A DNA stretch of 64,000 nt from Rubripirellula sp. (GCA_965216875.1 OZ244207.1:640001-704000); one strand, 5' to 3'. Counted from the first letter of the stretch, positions 39,030 through 50,534 are shown. The notes: generated from the letters alone by a model not told the origin. Numbers and translations are program-made.

Positions 39030-40580
39030 TCAGATGCCTGAACGCGACTGACCGCCAACCGGCAATCGCAACGTGAAGCTCGATCCTTGGCCAACGGTGC
39101 TGTCGACATCAATGTCACCACCATGCAGTCGTGCGATCTCGCGTGAGAAAGCCAAACCGAGGCCATTGCCACGTTGCTCGGAATCGCGAGTGGCGTCGCC
39201 TCGATAGAACTTTTCGAAGACCTTTTCATGTTCTTCTTCGGGGATCCCCGGTCCATTGTCCTGGACTTCGATCCGAATCCAACGGTCCTCAGCGGTGCAA
39301 CTGACGAGCACCTCTCCACCTTCGGGCGTGTATTTGACGGCGTTGCCGATCAGGTTCACTAAGGCGGCTTGAAGTTTGTCGCGGTCACCAAAGACGGTCG
39401 GCAGCTTGGCGCTAAGTTTCGAAGTCAGCTTCATGCGTTTCTGTTCGGCTTGGCTGCGCATCTGGTCGGTCGCATATTCGACCATCGGCAACATCTCAAG
39501 TTCATGACGGTTGGCCGTCATCGAACCTGCTTCCATCTGGCTGACCGTCAACAGCTGATCGACCAAGCGTCCCAGTCGGTTTGCTTCGCTGGTGATGATG
39601 TTGCAGAACTCTTTCTGCTGCTCGAAATCGATGCCATCCTGTTCCTGAAGCGCTTCGGCGTAGGCTTGCAGGTTGGTCAGCGGCGTGCGCAGTTCGTGGG
39701 TCGCCGTCATCACAAATTGATCACGCGCTTCGGTCGTTAGACGCTGCTGTGTTTCGTCAGTCAGGACCCAGGCCATTCCTTCGCCATCGCCGCTGCGTCC
39801 AGCGAGACGAGAACGGGTGATTCGCAAGAACAGCTGACGAGAACCAACCTGCAGGGCGCGGCGCTGAGTCACCATGCGGATGCTGCCAAGCAACTGGTCC
39901 AATGCTTCGCCAGCCGATTCATCGTGCGGGTCGCGTAGTCCCAACAAATCGGTCAGGTCCGCGCCGATGTGCCCCCCCGATTCATCAATGCCGAGGATGC
40001 CACAGGCTGCGGGGCCAACAAAACGAATCAATCCGTCGGTGTCGGTGATCACCCAGGCGACCGGCATGCCTCGCATCGCGCGGGCGAGTGTGATCACCTC
40101 TTGATCAAGCGTCGCGGGAGCGCGGTGGGCTTGCGTATGTCCTTGTTGTGTACAGGTCGCATCCTCGATCAGTTCGTTCCAACCGTCGGTGATGGGGTCC
40201 GAACCGAGAATCGGCCGAGCCGTTTGCCAATGACGCATTCCCGGGCGGCGTCGACGCAATTCCATTTCGATCGTGCGCAACGTGCGAACACTGCGCATCG
40301 AAACCATGCCCGCGAACGAGCTGACCGCAACCGCCGCGATCCACATGAGCGAATTCAAATGCGGTTGATCGGGTAGTGCGTGCGCGGCGAAGGCGCATAG
40401 CAATATGCAGGCACCGACGACAAGGAAAACGAATCCGATTCGCGTGGTGACCAGCGGGATTCGTCTGGACGTGGTGTCGCCACGTGACTCGGCTTCTGTA
40501 TTTGAATCGGCCGGCGTCGCGGAGGAGATTGAATCCTCCATCAAGTTCGCTTGCAGAGGATGGCTGTTCTCGAGATCCAT
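39030..40580 (-). CDS. Membrane sensor histidine kinase with PAS-like domain
   Basis: THELRTPLT, NLIGNAVKY, DNGPGI and GNGLGL. Confidence 0.92.
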   Translation of the reverse strand: MDLENSHPLQANLMEDSISSATPADSNTEAESRGDTTSRRIPLVTTRIGFVFLVVGACILLCAFAAHALPDQPHLNSLMWIAAVAVSSFAGMVSMRSVRTLRTIEMELRRRRPGMRHWQTARPILGSDPITDGWNELIEDATCTQQGHTQAHRAPATLDQEVITLARAMRGMPVAWVITDTDGLIRFVGPAACGILGIDESGGHIGADLTDLLGLRDPHDESAGEALDQLLGSIRMVTQRRALQVGSRQLFLRITRSRLAGRSGDGEGMAWVLTDETQQRLTTEARDQFVMTATHELRTPLTNLQAYAEALQEQDGIDFEQQKEFCNIITSEANRLGRLVDQLLTVSQMEAGSMTANRHELEMLPMVEYATDQMRSQAEQKRMKLTSKLSAKLPTVFGDRDKLQAALVNLIGNAVKYTPEGGEVLVSCTAEDRWIRIEVQDNGPGIPEEEHEKVFEKFYRGDATRDSEQRGNGLGLAFSREIARLHGGDIDVDSTVGQGSSFTLRLPVGGQSRSGI

Positions 40581-40592
40581 CGTCGTCCCCGG

Positions 40593-41015
40593 TTATGACT
40601 GGCCGGTTTGGACAGCAGGCGTTGCTTCGTCTTCGGAAGCGACGTGCACATATTGCTGGATCACTTCGCTCAGCTTGCGTGGGCTGAACGGCTTGTGCAT
40701 CACAGCGGCGAGCTGAAAGCGTGCTTGCAAGCCTTGGCTATCAAGTTCAAGGCCCTTGGCGGTGCACAGGATGGTTGGTGGTGGATCGATGCTGGCATCA
40801 CCCTCGAGCATCTCGAGCAATTCGAGGCCCGTGCAAACAGGCATTTGGTGGTCGGTGACCAAGAATGCGATGCCACCCTGACAAAGCCGTTTGTAGCCTT
40901 GCATGCCATCGCTTGCCGTTTCGACGACGTACCCACTTCGTTCGATTGTGAATTTCATCACGCGACGAAAAACGGGATCGTCTTCGACAATCAATACGGT
41001 GGGTGTTTTTGGCAT
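40593..41015 (-). CDS. Single-domain response regulator (CheY-like)
   Basis: VLIVEDD, TDHQMP and KPFSP. Confidence 0.88.
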   Translation of the reverse strand: MPKTPTVLIVEDDPVFRRVMKFTIERSGYVVETASDGMQGYKRLCQGGIAFLVTDHQMPVCTGLELLEMLEGDASIDPPPTILCTAKGLELDSQGLQARFQLAAVMHKPFSPRKLSEVIQQYVHVASEDEATPAVQTGQS

Positions 41016-41249
41016 GGATCCGCCTAGCCTTTTGCCGTCCCGAGCGTTGAATGCTCGGTTAGGTATGGAGGTGGGATTTGATTGGTAGGGAACCATCCGT
41101 GGCGTGTGTCACAAACCGGACAAAAGCCAAAGCTCCTTACGAAGCCTGGCTTTGAAGGTCTGGATGTCCGTTGGACGAAGGACGGCCGGGCTAGAGTCGT
41201 GCCTTCGTCGAGGTCTCGCAATGTTGCCCCAACGTGTGACGTTGGTGGT

Positions 41250-41675
41250 TTACCAATCGGCACCCGTTTCGCCACCGCCGACATTCAAGCCAAGGCTTCC
41301 GTTTGCGGGCTTGTAGGCCCAACCGCCGGCTTGGCCTTCGTTTGCAGCAACGGCTGTTGCGGTATTCGCGTCCAAGTCGTAGTAGACTGCCGCGTCATTT
41401 CGCACGGTGCCAATCGACGGAGCTGGGAAAGGCCCGTTCAGCATGGTGGCCATTGCGTTGGGCAATTCACCTGCTGCTGGATAGGCTCCTTCACGAGCGC
41501 GATACATCTCAATTGCGTTGCGCAGAACAGCCAGTTGTTGGCGCGTCGTGTTTTCTTCGGCTGTCGTGGCAGTGTCAAACATTCTCGGCGCTGCAACGGC
41601 AGCGATGATCCCGAGAATGAGGATCACGATTACCATCTCGATCAACGAGAAGCCTTTTCGTGGTTGGCGAAACAT
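41250..41675 (-). CDS. Type IV pilin / GspG-like pseudopilin
   Basis: Prepilin motif KGFSLIEMVIVILILGIIAA. Confidence 0.92.
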   Translation of the reverse strand: MFRQPRKGFSLIEMVIVILILGIIAAVAAPRMFDTATTAEENTTRQQLAVLRNAIEMYRAREGAYPAAGELPNAMATMLNGPFPAPSIGTVRNDAAVYYDLDANTATAVAANEGQAGGWAYKPANGSLGLNVGGGETGADW

Positions 41676-42100
41676 CTATGTGAGCCCTTGTTATCGATAC
41701 ACGTTGATTGTCATCACGCTCGAGTTTTTCGACGCGATGAATGTTCTTGTGTCGAATTCGCTGGTGCGACCCGTGCTTTTTGGGTTCGCTTCCTTACGGA
41801 TTCGCACTGAACACTAGGACGCAACAATGACGGTTTGCGACGTCAACGCTTTTTTCAATTAAGTTTTCGCCACGCTGCCGGGGGTGTTACTAACTTGTGA
41901 TCATTACAACCACTACCACCTGATAGGCTTTCGCAGATCGCAGGGTCGTGTTGCGTCAAGACAACGTTGGTTTCGCCGAGACGACGGCCGCAGGTTGGGT
42001 TTGCGAAACATCTTTTGGGGCAAAGGGTGGTGATGTGTGGAAATCGCGTCACCTGACATCACCTTGATGGACTGACCGCCCCGTTGGTCTGGGCTTTGCA

Positions 42101-42952
42101 TTGCAAGACGAGCATCTCGTCGACTTCTCACGCAAGCCCCAGGTTGCTCCTTTGCCTTTCTCTTCGATCAGCCAGCTCGTCGCAGCACGTCGTACCGATT
42201 CGTTTTCAGACAACGGTGGTAACGATTGTGACGACACCTCTAACGACAACGCCAAATCGATCCGCAAGCGGCCGCTGCTGATTCTCTTGTTCGCGTTGAT
42301 CTTGGCTTCGATGGCAAAATCATTGCCGGCCCAGGAAGCGGCGACCATTCAATACGACGGCGCAACCAACATCCGTCTGGATCCCCACCATGTTTCTGGC
42401 GGCGCGGCAATCGCGGCCCCCAACCAACGTCGCCCCGCCTACGTCGAGATGTCCGCGGCGCTTGCCAACTTCGATGCTGACGCCGATCCCGACGGTTGGC
42501 GCGCGGCGGTCGTTGTTCGCGATCGCAACGACCAACCGGTCACCATGCGAGCGACCGCAACGTTTGAATTGAAACCTCGTTTGTGGAGCATCACCGAAGA
42601 CAAACGCATTGGCCATCAAGCGGAGTCGATCAAATGGACACAGCAACTCGTCTTTAATGATGAGGGAATCGCCGAAGTGAAGCTGCCGCTGCGAAAATCA
42701 CTGCGATCGCTCTTGGGATGGCAGGAAGATTCGCGAGCGATGCGTACGACCCTTTTCGGAAGCTCCAACTTTCAATCCACGCGAAAGCGTCGGTCGTTCG
42801 CAACCGCCGATGTTCGGCAAGTGATTGGGACGCCGCGTTACGGACAATTGTCGGTGCGGGTCGCGATTCCGACCGAAGGGGTGTTCGAATCGGTGTCGAC
42901 CGTCGAAATCCGGCCATCAGTCTTGGTTGACACCCAGTGGCCATCTCGATAA
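42101..42952 (+). CDS. Hypothetical exported protein
   Basis: 283-aa ORF with a hydrophobic signal-like stretch; start uncertain. Confidence 0.6.
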   Translation: MQDEHLVDFSRKPQVAPLPFSSISQLVAARRTDSFSDNGGNDCDDTSNDNAKSIRKRPLLILLFALILASMAKSLPAQEAATIQYDGATNIRLDPHHVSGGAAIAAPNQRRPAYVEMSAALANFDADADPDGWRAAVVVRDRNDQPVTMRATATFELKPRLWSITEDKRIGHQAESIKWTQQLVFNDEGIAEVKLPLRKSLRSLLGWQEDSRAMRTTLFGSSNFQSTRKRRSFATADVRQVIGTPRYGQLSVRVAIPTEGVFESVSTVEIRPSVLVDTQWPSR

Positions 42953-42978
42953 GTTCACAGTTCAATCGAGCAATCTTT

Positions 42979-43012
42979 TGCCCGGGCCTGCCAAGGTTCG
43001 GGCAGTTTTTTT
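42979..43012 (+). terminator. Intrinsic terminator upstream of nusA
   Basis: tgcccgggcct-gcca-aggttcgggca stem followed by gttttttt. Confidence 0.7.
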
Positions 43013-43067
43013 ATTTGCTCGCCACAGCACGACCCTTGTCATCGCCCGCTTGCGGGAGGCGGCCGAC

Positions 43068-44558
43068 ATGAATCCACAAGACATCCTTCGCTACGTTGAT
43101 TCGCTCCACCGTGAGAAGAATATCGATAAAGAGCTGGTCTTTATCGCGATTGAATCAGCACTTTTGACCGCCGCCAAACGGCAATATGGCGAAGAAGCGG
43201 ATATCGTCGTCCAGCTTGACCGCGACAGCGGCCGAATCTCGGCTGCCCTCAATGGCGAGCCGCTCGGTGAAGACCAGATTGGTCGAATTGGTGCCCAAAC
43301 CGCCAAACAAGTCATCATTCAAAAGGTCAAAGAGGCTGAACGCGATTCGTTGATGAACGAATACCGTGATCAGATCGGCCAGATCGTCAGCGGCATCATC
43401 GGGCGAGTCGATGGCGGCGTCGCCACCGTCAACCTCGGTAACGTCGAAGCGATCTTGCCTCGCAGCGAGCAGATCCCAGGGGAAACCCTTCATGCCAGCG
43501 AGCGAGTGCGTGCGGTTGTCTTTGAAGTTCGAGCGACCGGCAACCGCGTTCGAGTCGTCCTCAGTCGAACACGCCGCCAATTGGTCCAACGTCTCTTCGA
43601 GCAAGAGATCCCCGAGCTGAGCGACGAGATCATTTCGATCAATTCGATCAGTCGAGAGCCCGGTTACCGCAGCAAGGTTGCCGTCAGCAGCGTCGACACC
43701 CAAGTCGACCCGATCGCCGTTTGCGTCGGCTACCGCGGCAGCCGTATCAAAGCGGTTCGCGAAGAACTTGCAGGCGAGCACATCGATGTGGTCCGCTTCA
43801 GCGATGACCCCGAAGTCCTGATTCCAAACGCGCTGCAACCAGCCGAAGTAGAGCAGGTCTTGCTCTGTGACATGATTGGCCGAGCCATCGTTCTGGTCCA
43901 GGAAGATCAGCTTTCACTCGCTATCGGCCGTCGCGGCCAAAATGTCCGCCTCGCCAGCAAACTGTGCAGCTGGGACATCGAAATCATGACCAACAGCGAG
44001 CTCGAAGAACAAATCGAGCGAGCGGTGACCGGATTCAGCCAAATTGATGGTGTGACCGAGGAAATCGCCCAAGCGTTGGTCGAGCAAGGATACCTTTCCT
44101 ACGACGACCTTTCGGTGATTGAACCCGACGCATTCATGGAGCTGAGCGGGCTGTCGGCCGAAGCAGTGGATCAAATCGTCGAAGTCGCTGAAACCAAAGC
44201 GGAAGAGGCCGAAGAGGCTGCAGCCGAAGAGCGTCGCCAACGCCGCGAACGCGAAAAAGAGCAGGCAGAATCTGGCCAACCGGCCGAACCCGCAGCTGCC
44301 CAGCAGGGTCCCTCAGAGCAGCCTGAAGCGGCGGCCGCGGGCGCAGAGCCAGCTGCCGAGGCTTCCGGAGAACCAGCTGAGCCAACCGCTGAGGCAGCCC
44401 CCGAAGCTGAGACTGAAGCTGCGGCTGAGACTGAAACGCCGGCCGAAGCCGAAGCTCCCGCGGAAACTGGGGCTGAAGCCGCCCAAGAGAGCGCTGGCGA
44501 AGAAAGTAGTGAGACGGTTGATTCGGAGTCCGAGTCGGCCGCTTCAGAGAAGAGTTAA
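43068..44558 (+). CDS. nusA: Transcription termination factor NusA with acidic tail
   Basis: GRIGAQTAKQVI, S1/KH domains, REPGYRSKVAV and LSLAIGRRGQNVRLA. Confidence 0.97.
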   Translation: MNPQDILRYVDSLHREKNIDKELVFIAIESALLTAAKRQYGEEADIVVQLDRDSGRISAALNGEPLGEDQIGRIGAQTAKQVIIQKVKEAERDSLMNEYRDQIGQIVSGIIGRVDGGVATVNLGNVEAILPRSEQIPGETLHASERVRAVVFEVRATGNRVRVVLSRTRRQLVQRLFEQEIPELSDEIISINSISREPGYRSKVAVSSVDTQVDPIAVCVGYRGSRIKAVREELAGEHIDVVRFSDDPEVLIPNALQPAEVEQVLLCDMIGRAIVLVQEDQLSLAIGRRGQNVRLASKLCSWDIEIMTNSELEEQIERAVTGFSQIDGVTEEIAQALVEQGYLSYDDLSVIEPDAFMELSGLSAEAVDQIVEVAETKAEEAEEAAAEERRQRREREKEQAESGQPAEPAAAQQGPSEQPEAAAAGAEPAAEASGEPAEPTAEAAPEAETEAAAETETPAEAEAPAETGAEAAQESAGEESSETVDSESESAASEKS

Positions 44559-45045
44559 TTCCCTAAATGCCTGACGCTGTAGCTTTTTGGGGGCCGATTC
44601 CGGCTGAAGCTGCCAGCAAAGGTGCTTTGATTGAACCGTAAGGGAGCACCTGCCTCGATCAGGCACGATCTCGAGCTCAAGTGAAAGCATGAAAGAGGCT
44701 TCACCGATCGAGCTGCGAGGGGGTGGAACTGGCGAAACTTTTCGCCACGCCCCACTGACTCCACCAGGATTTTCGTTATCGTAGTGGAAAGTAATGGGTT
44801 ATTTGGAAGGTTGGGCCATCAAGATCCAGCCACCGATGACCGTTTAGATACCATCCCCGACGTGGTCGGCACCGAAGCCAGCCGCGGCGATGGAGGAATA
44901 GTTTATGTGATTTGAACCGAAGAAGAGAATTCTGGAGTGACGTTTCCCAAAACCCATTCTTTCAATCCAGATCAGCGAGCCGCCTCGGCAGCTTGATCAC
45001 GCTTGCTCGCAGAATTCCAAACAAGTTTGACAGGACCTTCACCCC

Positions 45046-47922
45046 GTGCCCGCACGCATTTACGCGCTCGCAAAAGAACTCAACGTCGACAGTAAAGATC
45101 TCGTCGACATCGTCAAGAAAGTCGGAATCACCGGCAAAGGCTCGGCGCTGGCAAGTCTCACCGACGACGAAGCTCAGCGCGTTCGTGATCACTTAGGCTC
45201 TGCGTCTGAGTCTTCTCCCAAGCCTTCTGATGACAAGCCGATCGGTGCTGTGCGCGACGCCATGCCGCGACAGCGCAAACAAATCTCCATTGGTCGTTCC
45301 TCTGGGCGTTCCAAACAGGTTGCCGAAGCTGCTCCAGCTCCAACCGAAACCCCCGTCGAGGAATCACCCGTGCAGGAAACGGCTCCGGAACACAGTCGGC
45401 CGGCCCCCGAAGAACCAGCCGCAACACCAGCGCCGGCCGCTGAAGCTCCCGCTTCGCCGCCGAAACGAAAACCGGGCGGACTCGGTGGACGTATCGCGGG
45501 ACGCATGGGACGCAAGTCCGGGGAATCATCGGCACCGATTCGATCCGACAACTTGGTCGGTGGTGGCGGAGGCGGAAAGGTCCGCTCGCTTGATCGTCCA
45601 GCCGCAGGCGGCAATGGTGGCGAACGCAAGCCAGCAGAAAACAAAGGCAAACGACGCGAGCCGCGAATCAACGTCAAGATGGCCTCGCTTCCCGAGACGG
45701 CTCAGCCAAAGCCAACCAAATCGAAGTCGGGCGAACCGAAGGCACAAAAGCCAGACATCAAGCTTTCCAAAGATGTCATTCAAGGGCACAAGCAGGGCAT
45801 GAAGGCTCCGCTTGAACAACTCGCCCAAGAAGAGACCGAAAAGAAACGTGGCGGCGGAAAACGCGCCGGTAACGCCGCGGCTGGTGGTGGCGGTGGTGCT
45901 GCGGGCGGCCTAAGCGGTTTCACCGGTGACAAGGCCAAACGCGGCAAAGGCGGCGAAGAGGAAGAAAAGCCACGTCGCAAAGGGATCGCTGGAATGGCGA
46001 GTGCTCGTGCCGAGCGTTCGCGCGGAAAACAGCGTCGCATCAGCCTGGATCAACAGTCTTACGGCTCACGCCAATCGACGCGTCATCGACATCAACAACG
46101 GCGCAAAGGCGTCAACACGGCAGCCCCTCGAAAGGACACCGTCTCACTCGAGTTGCCATGTACCATTCGTAGCTTCTCGGAAGCCGCGGGTGTTCCTGCA
46201 GCCCAGGTCCTTCGCGTCCTGCTTGGCATGCAGATGATGTGCAACATCAACTCCGAGCTTGAATTAGAAACGGCTGAAATGATTGCCGCCGAGCTCGACT
46301 TGACGATCGAGCTGAAGGCATCGGAAACACTCGAAGACTCGCTCATCACTGGCCTGGAAGAGCAAGAAGACGATCCCGATTCGCTGCTTCCACGTGCACC
46401 GATCGTGACCTTCCTTGGTCACGTCGACCACGGGAAAACGAGTTTGCTTGACTACCTGATTGGCATTGATGTTGTCAGTGGTGAAGCGGGCGGGATTACC
46501 CAACACATTCGTGCCTACGAAGTCGAAAAGGATGGCCGCAAAGTCACCTTTGTCGACACGCCTGGTCACGAAGCCTTTACCGAAATGCGTGCTCGCGGTG
46601 CCAACGTCACCGACATCGCCGTCCTTGTCGTCGCCGCCGACGACGGAATCATGCCGCAAACCGAAGAAGCGATCAGCCACGCCAAAGCGGCAGAAGTGCC
46701 GATCGTGGTTGCGATGAACAAGATCGACCTCGAAGGGGTCGATACCAATCGCGTTTTGACGCAGCTTACCGAGTATCAATTGACCCCTAGCCAATGGGGT
46801 GGTGATGTCGAAGTCGTCGGCACCAGTGCGATCAAAGGCACCGGGATGGACGAACTGCTCGAAACGTTGCTGACCGTTGCAGAGCTTCATGAATACAAGG
46901 CCAACCCTGACCGTGAAGCGATTGGGGTTTGCTTGGAAGCCGAACAGCAAGGCGACCGAGGTGTGGTTGCCAAACTCATCGTCCAAAACGGAACGATGAA
47001 GGTTGGCGACATCCTCGTTTGTGGTGCCGCCCATGGTCGCGTCCGAGCAATGACCGACACACTGACTGGCAAACCAATCAAGGAAGCGGGACCAAGCACG
47101 CCTGTCAACTTGATGGGTCTGGATATCGCACCGGGTGCTGGCGACCGATTCCATGTCCTTAGCGACATCGGTCAAGCACGCGAAATCGCCGAAAGCCGCG
47201 CACACGCTTCGAGCCAGGAAAGCTTGGCGGGCAACACGACTCAGGTTTCCTTCGTCGACTTCCAAACCATGTTGCAGGAAGGCCGCCTTGGTCAGCAAGA
47301 AGAGAAGGTCAAGCTGAACCTGATCGTTCGTGCCGATGTGAAGGGTTCACTCGAAGCGATCGAAAAAGAGCTGAGCAAGTTCGAGCATCCAGAGGTCGAA
47401 CTGAAAGTGCTGCAACGCAGCGTCGGTGGTGTCACGCTTGCTGATGTCACGCTCGCTTCGGCGTCCGATGCGGTCGTCGTTGCCTTTAACGTGATCCCGG
47501 ATGAACAAGCTCGGTCACTTGCCGAAGAACGCAGTGTTGAAGTCCGGCGTTACGAGGTGATCTATAAGCTGACCGACGACATCAAAGCGATGATCGAAGG
47601 CCGGCTCAAACCTGAAGAGCGAGTCGTCGAGCTTGGCCGCGCCCTGGTCAAGCAAGTCTTCAGCATCAGCCGCGTCGGAACCATCGCTGGTTGCTACGTT
47701 TCGAACGGATCGATCCAACGTGGTTGTCGAATTCGTGTCCACCGCGATGGTCGCACGATTGGCGACTACCCTCTCGATTCACTCAAGCGAATCAAAGAGG
47801 ACGTCAAAGAAGTGCCGCGCGGGATGGAATGCGGTATTCGACTGCAAGGCTTCAACGACATCAAACAGGACGACCTGTTGGAAGCGTACCGCATCGAAGA
47901 AGTCGCCAGGACGCTCGACTAA
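45046..47922 (+). CDS. infB: Translation initiation factor IF-2
   Basis: [16 protein letters not shown] and DTPGHEAF. Confidence 0.98.
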   Translation: MPARIYALAKELNVDSKDLVDIVKKVGITGKGSALASLTDDEAQRVRDHLGSASESSPKPSDDKPIGAVRDAMPRQRKQISIGRSSGRSKQVAEAAPAPTETPVEESPVQETAPEHSRPAPEEPAATPAPAAEAPASPPKRKPGGLGGRIAGRMGRKSGESSAPIRSDNLVGGGGGGKVRSLDRPAAGGNGGERKPAENKGKRREPRINVKMASLPETAQPKPTKSKSGEPKAQKPDIKLSKDVIQGHKQGMKAPLEQLAQEETEKKRGGGKRAGNAAAGGGGGAAGGLSGFTGDKAKRGKGGEEEEKPRRKGIAGMASARAERSRGKQRRISLDQQSYGSRQSTRHRHQQRRKGVNTAAPRKDTVSLELPCTIRSFSEAAGVPAAQVLRVLLGMQMMCNINSELELETAEMIAAELDLTIELKASETLEDSLITGLEEQEDDPDSLLPRAPIVTFLGHVDHGKTSLLDYLIGIDVVSGEAGGITQHIRAYEVEKDGRKVTFVDTPGHEAFTEMRARGANVTDIAVLVVAADDGIMPQTEEAISHAKAAEVPIVVAMNKIDLEGVDTNRVLTQLTEYQLTPSQWGGDVEVVGTSAIKGTGMDELLETLLTVAELHEYKANPDREAIGVCLEAEQQGDRGVVAKLIVQNGTMKVGDILVCGAAHGRVRAMTDTLTGKPIKEAGPSTPVNLMGLDIAPGAGDRFHVLSDIGQAREIAESRAHASSQESLAGNTTQVSFVDFQTMLQEGRLGQQEEKVKLNLIVRADVKGSLEAIEKELSKFEHPEVELKVLQRSVGGVTLADVTLASASDAVVVAFNVIPDEQARSLAEERSVEVRRYEVIYKLTDDIKAMIEGRLKPEERVVELGRALVKQVFSISRVGTIAGCYVSNGSIQRGCRIRVHRDGRTIGDYPLDSLKRIKEDVKEVPRGMECGIRLQGFNDIKQDDLLEAYRIEEVARTLD

Positions 47923-48044
47923 CCGGATGCCCACGAACAAGGCGACCTGTCGTCGCCGTGTTCCACTGCCCTACGCCACTTTATTTCTGATGGAGTGGCC
48001 CGGCACCATCGAATCCCCTACCCTCGCCACTACATCCCAATACC

Positions 48045-48512
48045 GTGTCTAGTCGTCGATTGCTGAAAGCTGCTGAAGCGATTCGCGAAGTCGTTGCGTC
48101 CTCGATTTTGACCGAGCTGCGCGACCCTCGCGTGCGTGACGTGACTGTCGTGGGAGTGAAGGTTAGCCCGGATATGCGCGAAGCTAAGGTTTCGGTCAGC
48201 ATCATGGGCGATGAAAACCAGCAGCAGTTATCGCTTCGGGGACTGCAAAACGCGGCTGGATTCTTGCAAAGCAAGATCGCCAGCCGCATCGATAGCCGCT
48301 ACACGCCGCGGCTTCTCTTTGTGATCGACAAAGGTGTCCAACACTCGCTTTTGGTGGGCGAGATCTTGGAGAAAATCCGGCGTGAAAAAGAACCACCCGC
48401 TGATGGCGATGACGAGACCGAATCCGACAACGATTCGGTCGCTTCGAAAGTCGCCTCGGCAGAGCACGGGGAAGCATTGGACGATCCTGATTCCACGGAT
48501 GCGAGCTTCTAA
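48045..48512 (+). CDS. rbfA: Ribosome-binding factor A
   Basis: RDPR..VSPDMREAKV..RYTPRLLF; follows infB. Confidence 0.95.
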   Translation: MSSRRLLKAAEAIREVVASSILTELRDPRVRDVTVVGVKVSPDMREAKVSVSIMGDENQQQLSLRGLQNAAGFLQSKIASRIDSRYTPRLLFVIDKGVQHSLLVGEILEKIRREKEPPADGDDETESDNDSVASKVASAEHGEALDDPDSTDASF

Positions 48513-48559
48513 CACGCTAAATACAACACGCATTCACCCTTATACCCGTCTGCAACAAG

Positions 48560-49732
48560 ATGTCTGCATCGAACCGCGCCACGCTGATTGGCAAACTGCA
48601 CACCGCACTCAAAAAACACTACAAAGTCGCCCCCGCTCAACCCACTCGCCCGCTCCTTGAACACGTCCTGTACGCCTCGTTGCTACAGGATGCACCAGCC
48701 GAACTGGCTGACGAAGGGATGGCGAAATGTGAGCAAGACTTTTTCGACTGGAACGAAGTTCGCGTCACCACCGTGACCGAATTGTCGCAAGTCCTCTCTC
48801 GCTTGCCCGAACCCGTCAAAGCCGCTCAACGTCTCAAGAGTAACCTGCAGGCGATCTTTGAAGAGTTCTACACCTTCGATCTTGATCACCTGAAGAAAGA
48901 GAACCTCGGCAAAGCGATTGCCAAGTTCGAAAAGATGCCTGGCATGACCCCGTTCGTGCTGAACTACACCGTTCAACATGGCCTCGGCGGACACGCGATC
49001 CCTGTCGATTACTCGGCAATGGTGGTGATGCTCTCGACCGGCATCGCAACACAAGCCGAAGCGATGGCCGGTAAGGTTCCCGGTCTCGAGCGAGCAATCC
49101 CCAAAAGCAAAGGGATTGAGTTCGCCGGACTGCTGCATCAATGCGGCATCGCACTGAACAAGAGCCCCAAAGACAAAAAGGGACGAGCCGTTCTCGATGG
49201 CGTTGCCAAAGGCTCTAGCAAACAACTCGACGATTGGTTGGCCAGCAAGAAAGCGGCAAAGAAGCGGGCTGTAAAACGCAAAGCCGAAGAGAAGAAAGCG
49301 GCCGAAGTCGCCAAGGCCGAAGCCGAAGCACTCGCGCGTGAAAAAGAAGCTGCTGCGGCTGCCAAGAAAGCGAAGAAAGCCGCGAAGGCAGCTCCGGTAA
49401 AGAAGACGCCAGAGAAGAAAGCACCCGAGAAAAAGGTCGAAGAAAAACCTGTAGCCAAGAAGGCTGCGGCAAAGAAAGAGGCACCCGCCAAAAAGGCCGC
49501 CGCCAAGAAAACACCTTCGAAAAAGTCGGCACCCGCAAAGAAAGCTCCGGTAAAGCCAGCCAAGAAAAAGGCGACCAAGGCTGCGAAGAAAACAACCAAG
49601 AAGAAGACGGCAAGCAAAAAGTCGGCTCCAGCCGCAAAGCCTGCCAAGAAGAAAGCGGCGAAAGCCAAACCAGCCAAGAAGGCGACCAAAAAGACATCCA
49701 GTCGAAAGTTGACCAAACGCAAGCCTCGCTAG
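48560..49732 (+). CDS. Protein with HhH-GPD/EndoIII-like N-terminus and histone H1-like Lys/Ala/Pro tail
   Basis: FFDWNEVRVTT and GGHAIPVD; the last ~160 aa are AKK/PAKK repeats. Confidence 0.75.
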   Translation: MSASNRATLIGKLHTALKKHYKVAPAQPTRPLLEHVLYASLLQDAPAELADEGMAKCEQDFFDWNEVRVTTVTELSQVLSRLPEPVKAAQRLKSNLQAIFEEFYTFDLDHLKKENLGKAIAKFEKMPGMTPFVLNYTVQHGLGGHAIPVDYSAMVVMLSTGIATQAEAMAGKVPGLERAIPKSKGIEFAGLLHQCGIALNKSPKDKKGRAVLDGVAKGSSKQLDDWLASKKAAKKRAVKRKAEEKKAAEVAKAEAEALAREKEAAAAAKKAKKAAKAAPVKKTPEKKAPEKKVEEKPVAKKAAAKKEAPAKKAAAKKTPSKKSAPAKKAPVKPAKKKATKAAKKTTKKKTASKKSAPAAKPAKKKAAKAKPAKKATKKTSSRKLTKRKPR

Positions 49733-49793
49733 GGCACGACTTCGTCAACACCCTTCGTACTCCTTTCATTCCTCCTTTCGTTTTCGATCGATC

Positions 49794-50534
49794 ATGGCAG
49801 GCCATTCAAAATGGGCAAACATCCAGCACCGCAAAGGGCGCGTGGATGCACAGCGTGGAAAGCTGTGGAGCAAGCTGAGTAAAGCGATCATTGTCGCCGC
49901 CAAATCGGGCGGTGGCGATCCCGATGCAAACGTCAAGTTGCGCAAAGCCATTGACGATGCCAAAGCCGTCAGCATGCCCAAGGACAACATCCAACGTGCG
50001 ATCAAGCGCGGAACGGGTGAGCTCGATGGGGGCAACGTCGAGGAAGTGATCTACGAAGGCTACGGCCCCGGTGGCGTCGCTGTCATGTGCGAAGCGTTGA
50101 CCGATAACCGAAACCGTACCGGCCCGGAACTGCGTTCGATCTTTTCCAAACTCGGTGGCGAAGTTGGTAAAACCGGCTGCGTGTCCTACTTGTTCGATCG
50201 CAAAGGCATGTTCCTCTTTCCAGGCGACTGTGACGAGGAGAAGGTGACCGAGATCGCACTCGAAGGGGGCGCCGAAGATGTTGATTCAGTGGATGACAAA
50301 CTGCAAGTCACCTGTTCGCCCGATGCCTTTCACGAAGTCGCTGAAGCCTTCAAACAGGCCGAGCTCGATGCGGAAGTGAGCGAAGTCACCCGGATCGCAC
50401 AAACCACCGTCGACCTTGATGCCGATACCGCAAAGAAGGTCATCAAGCTGCTTCAACACCTGGATGACCACGAAGACATCCAAACGGTCAGCAGCAATCT
50501 GAACATCACCGACGAGATGATCGAAGACGCGTAG
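49794..50534 (+). CDS. yebC: YebC/PmpR family protein
   Basis: MAGHSKWANIQHRK, YEGYGPGG and TDNRNRT. Confidence 0.95.
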   Translation: MAGHSKWANIQHRKGRVDAQRGKLWSKLSKAIIVAAKSGGGDPDANVKLRKAIDDAKAVSMPKDNIQRAIKRGTGELDGGNVEEVIYEGYGPGGVAVMCEALTDNRNRTGPELRSIFSKLGGEVGKTGCVSYLFDRKGMFLFPGDCDEEKVTEIALEGGAEDVDSVDDKLQVTCSPDAFHEVAEAFKQAELDAEVSEVTRIAQTTVDLDADTAKKVIKLLQHLDDHEDIQTVSSNLNITDEMIEDA

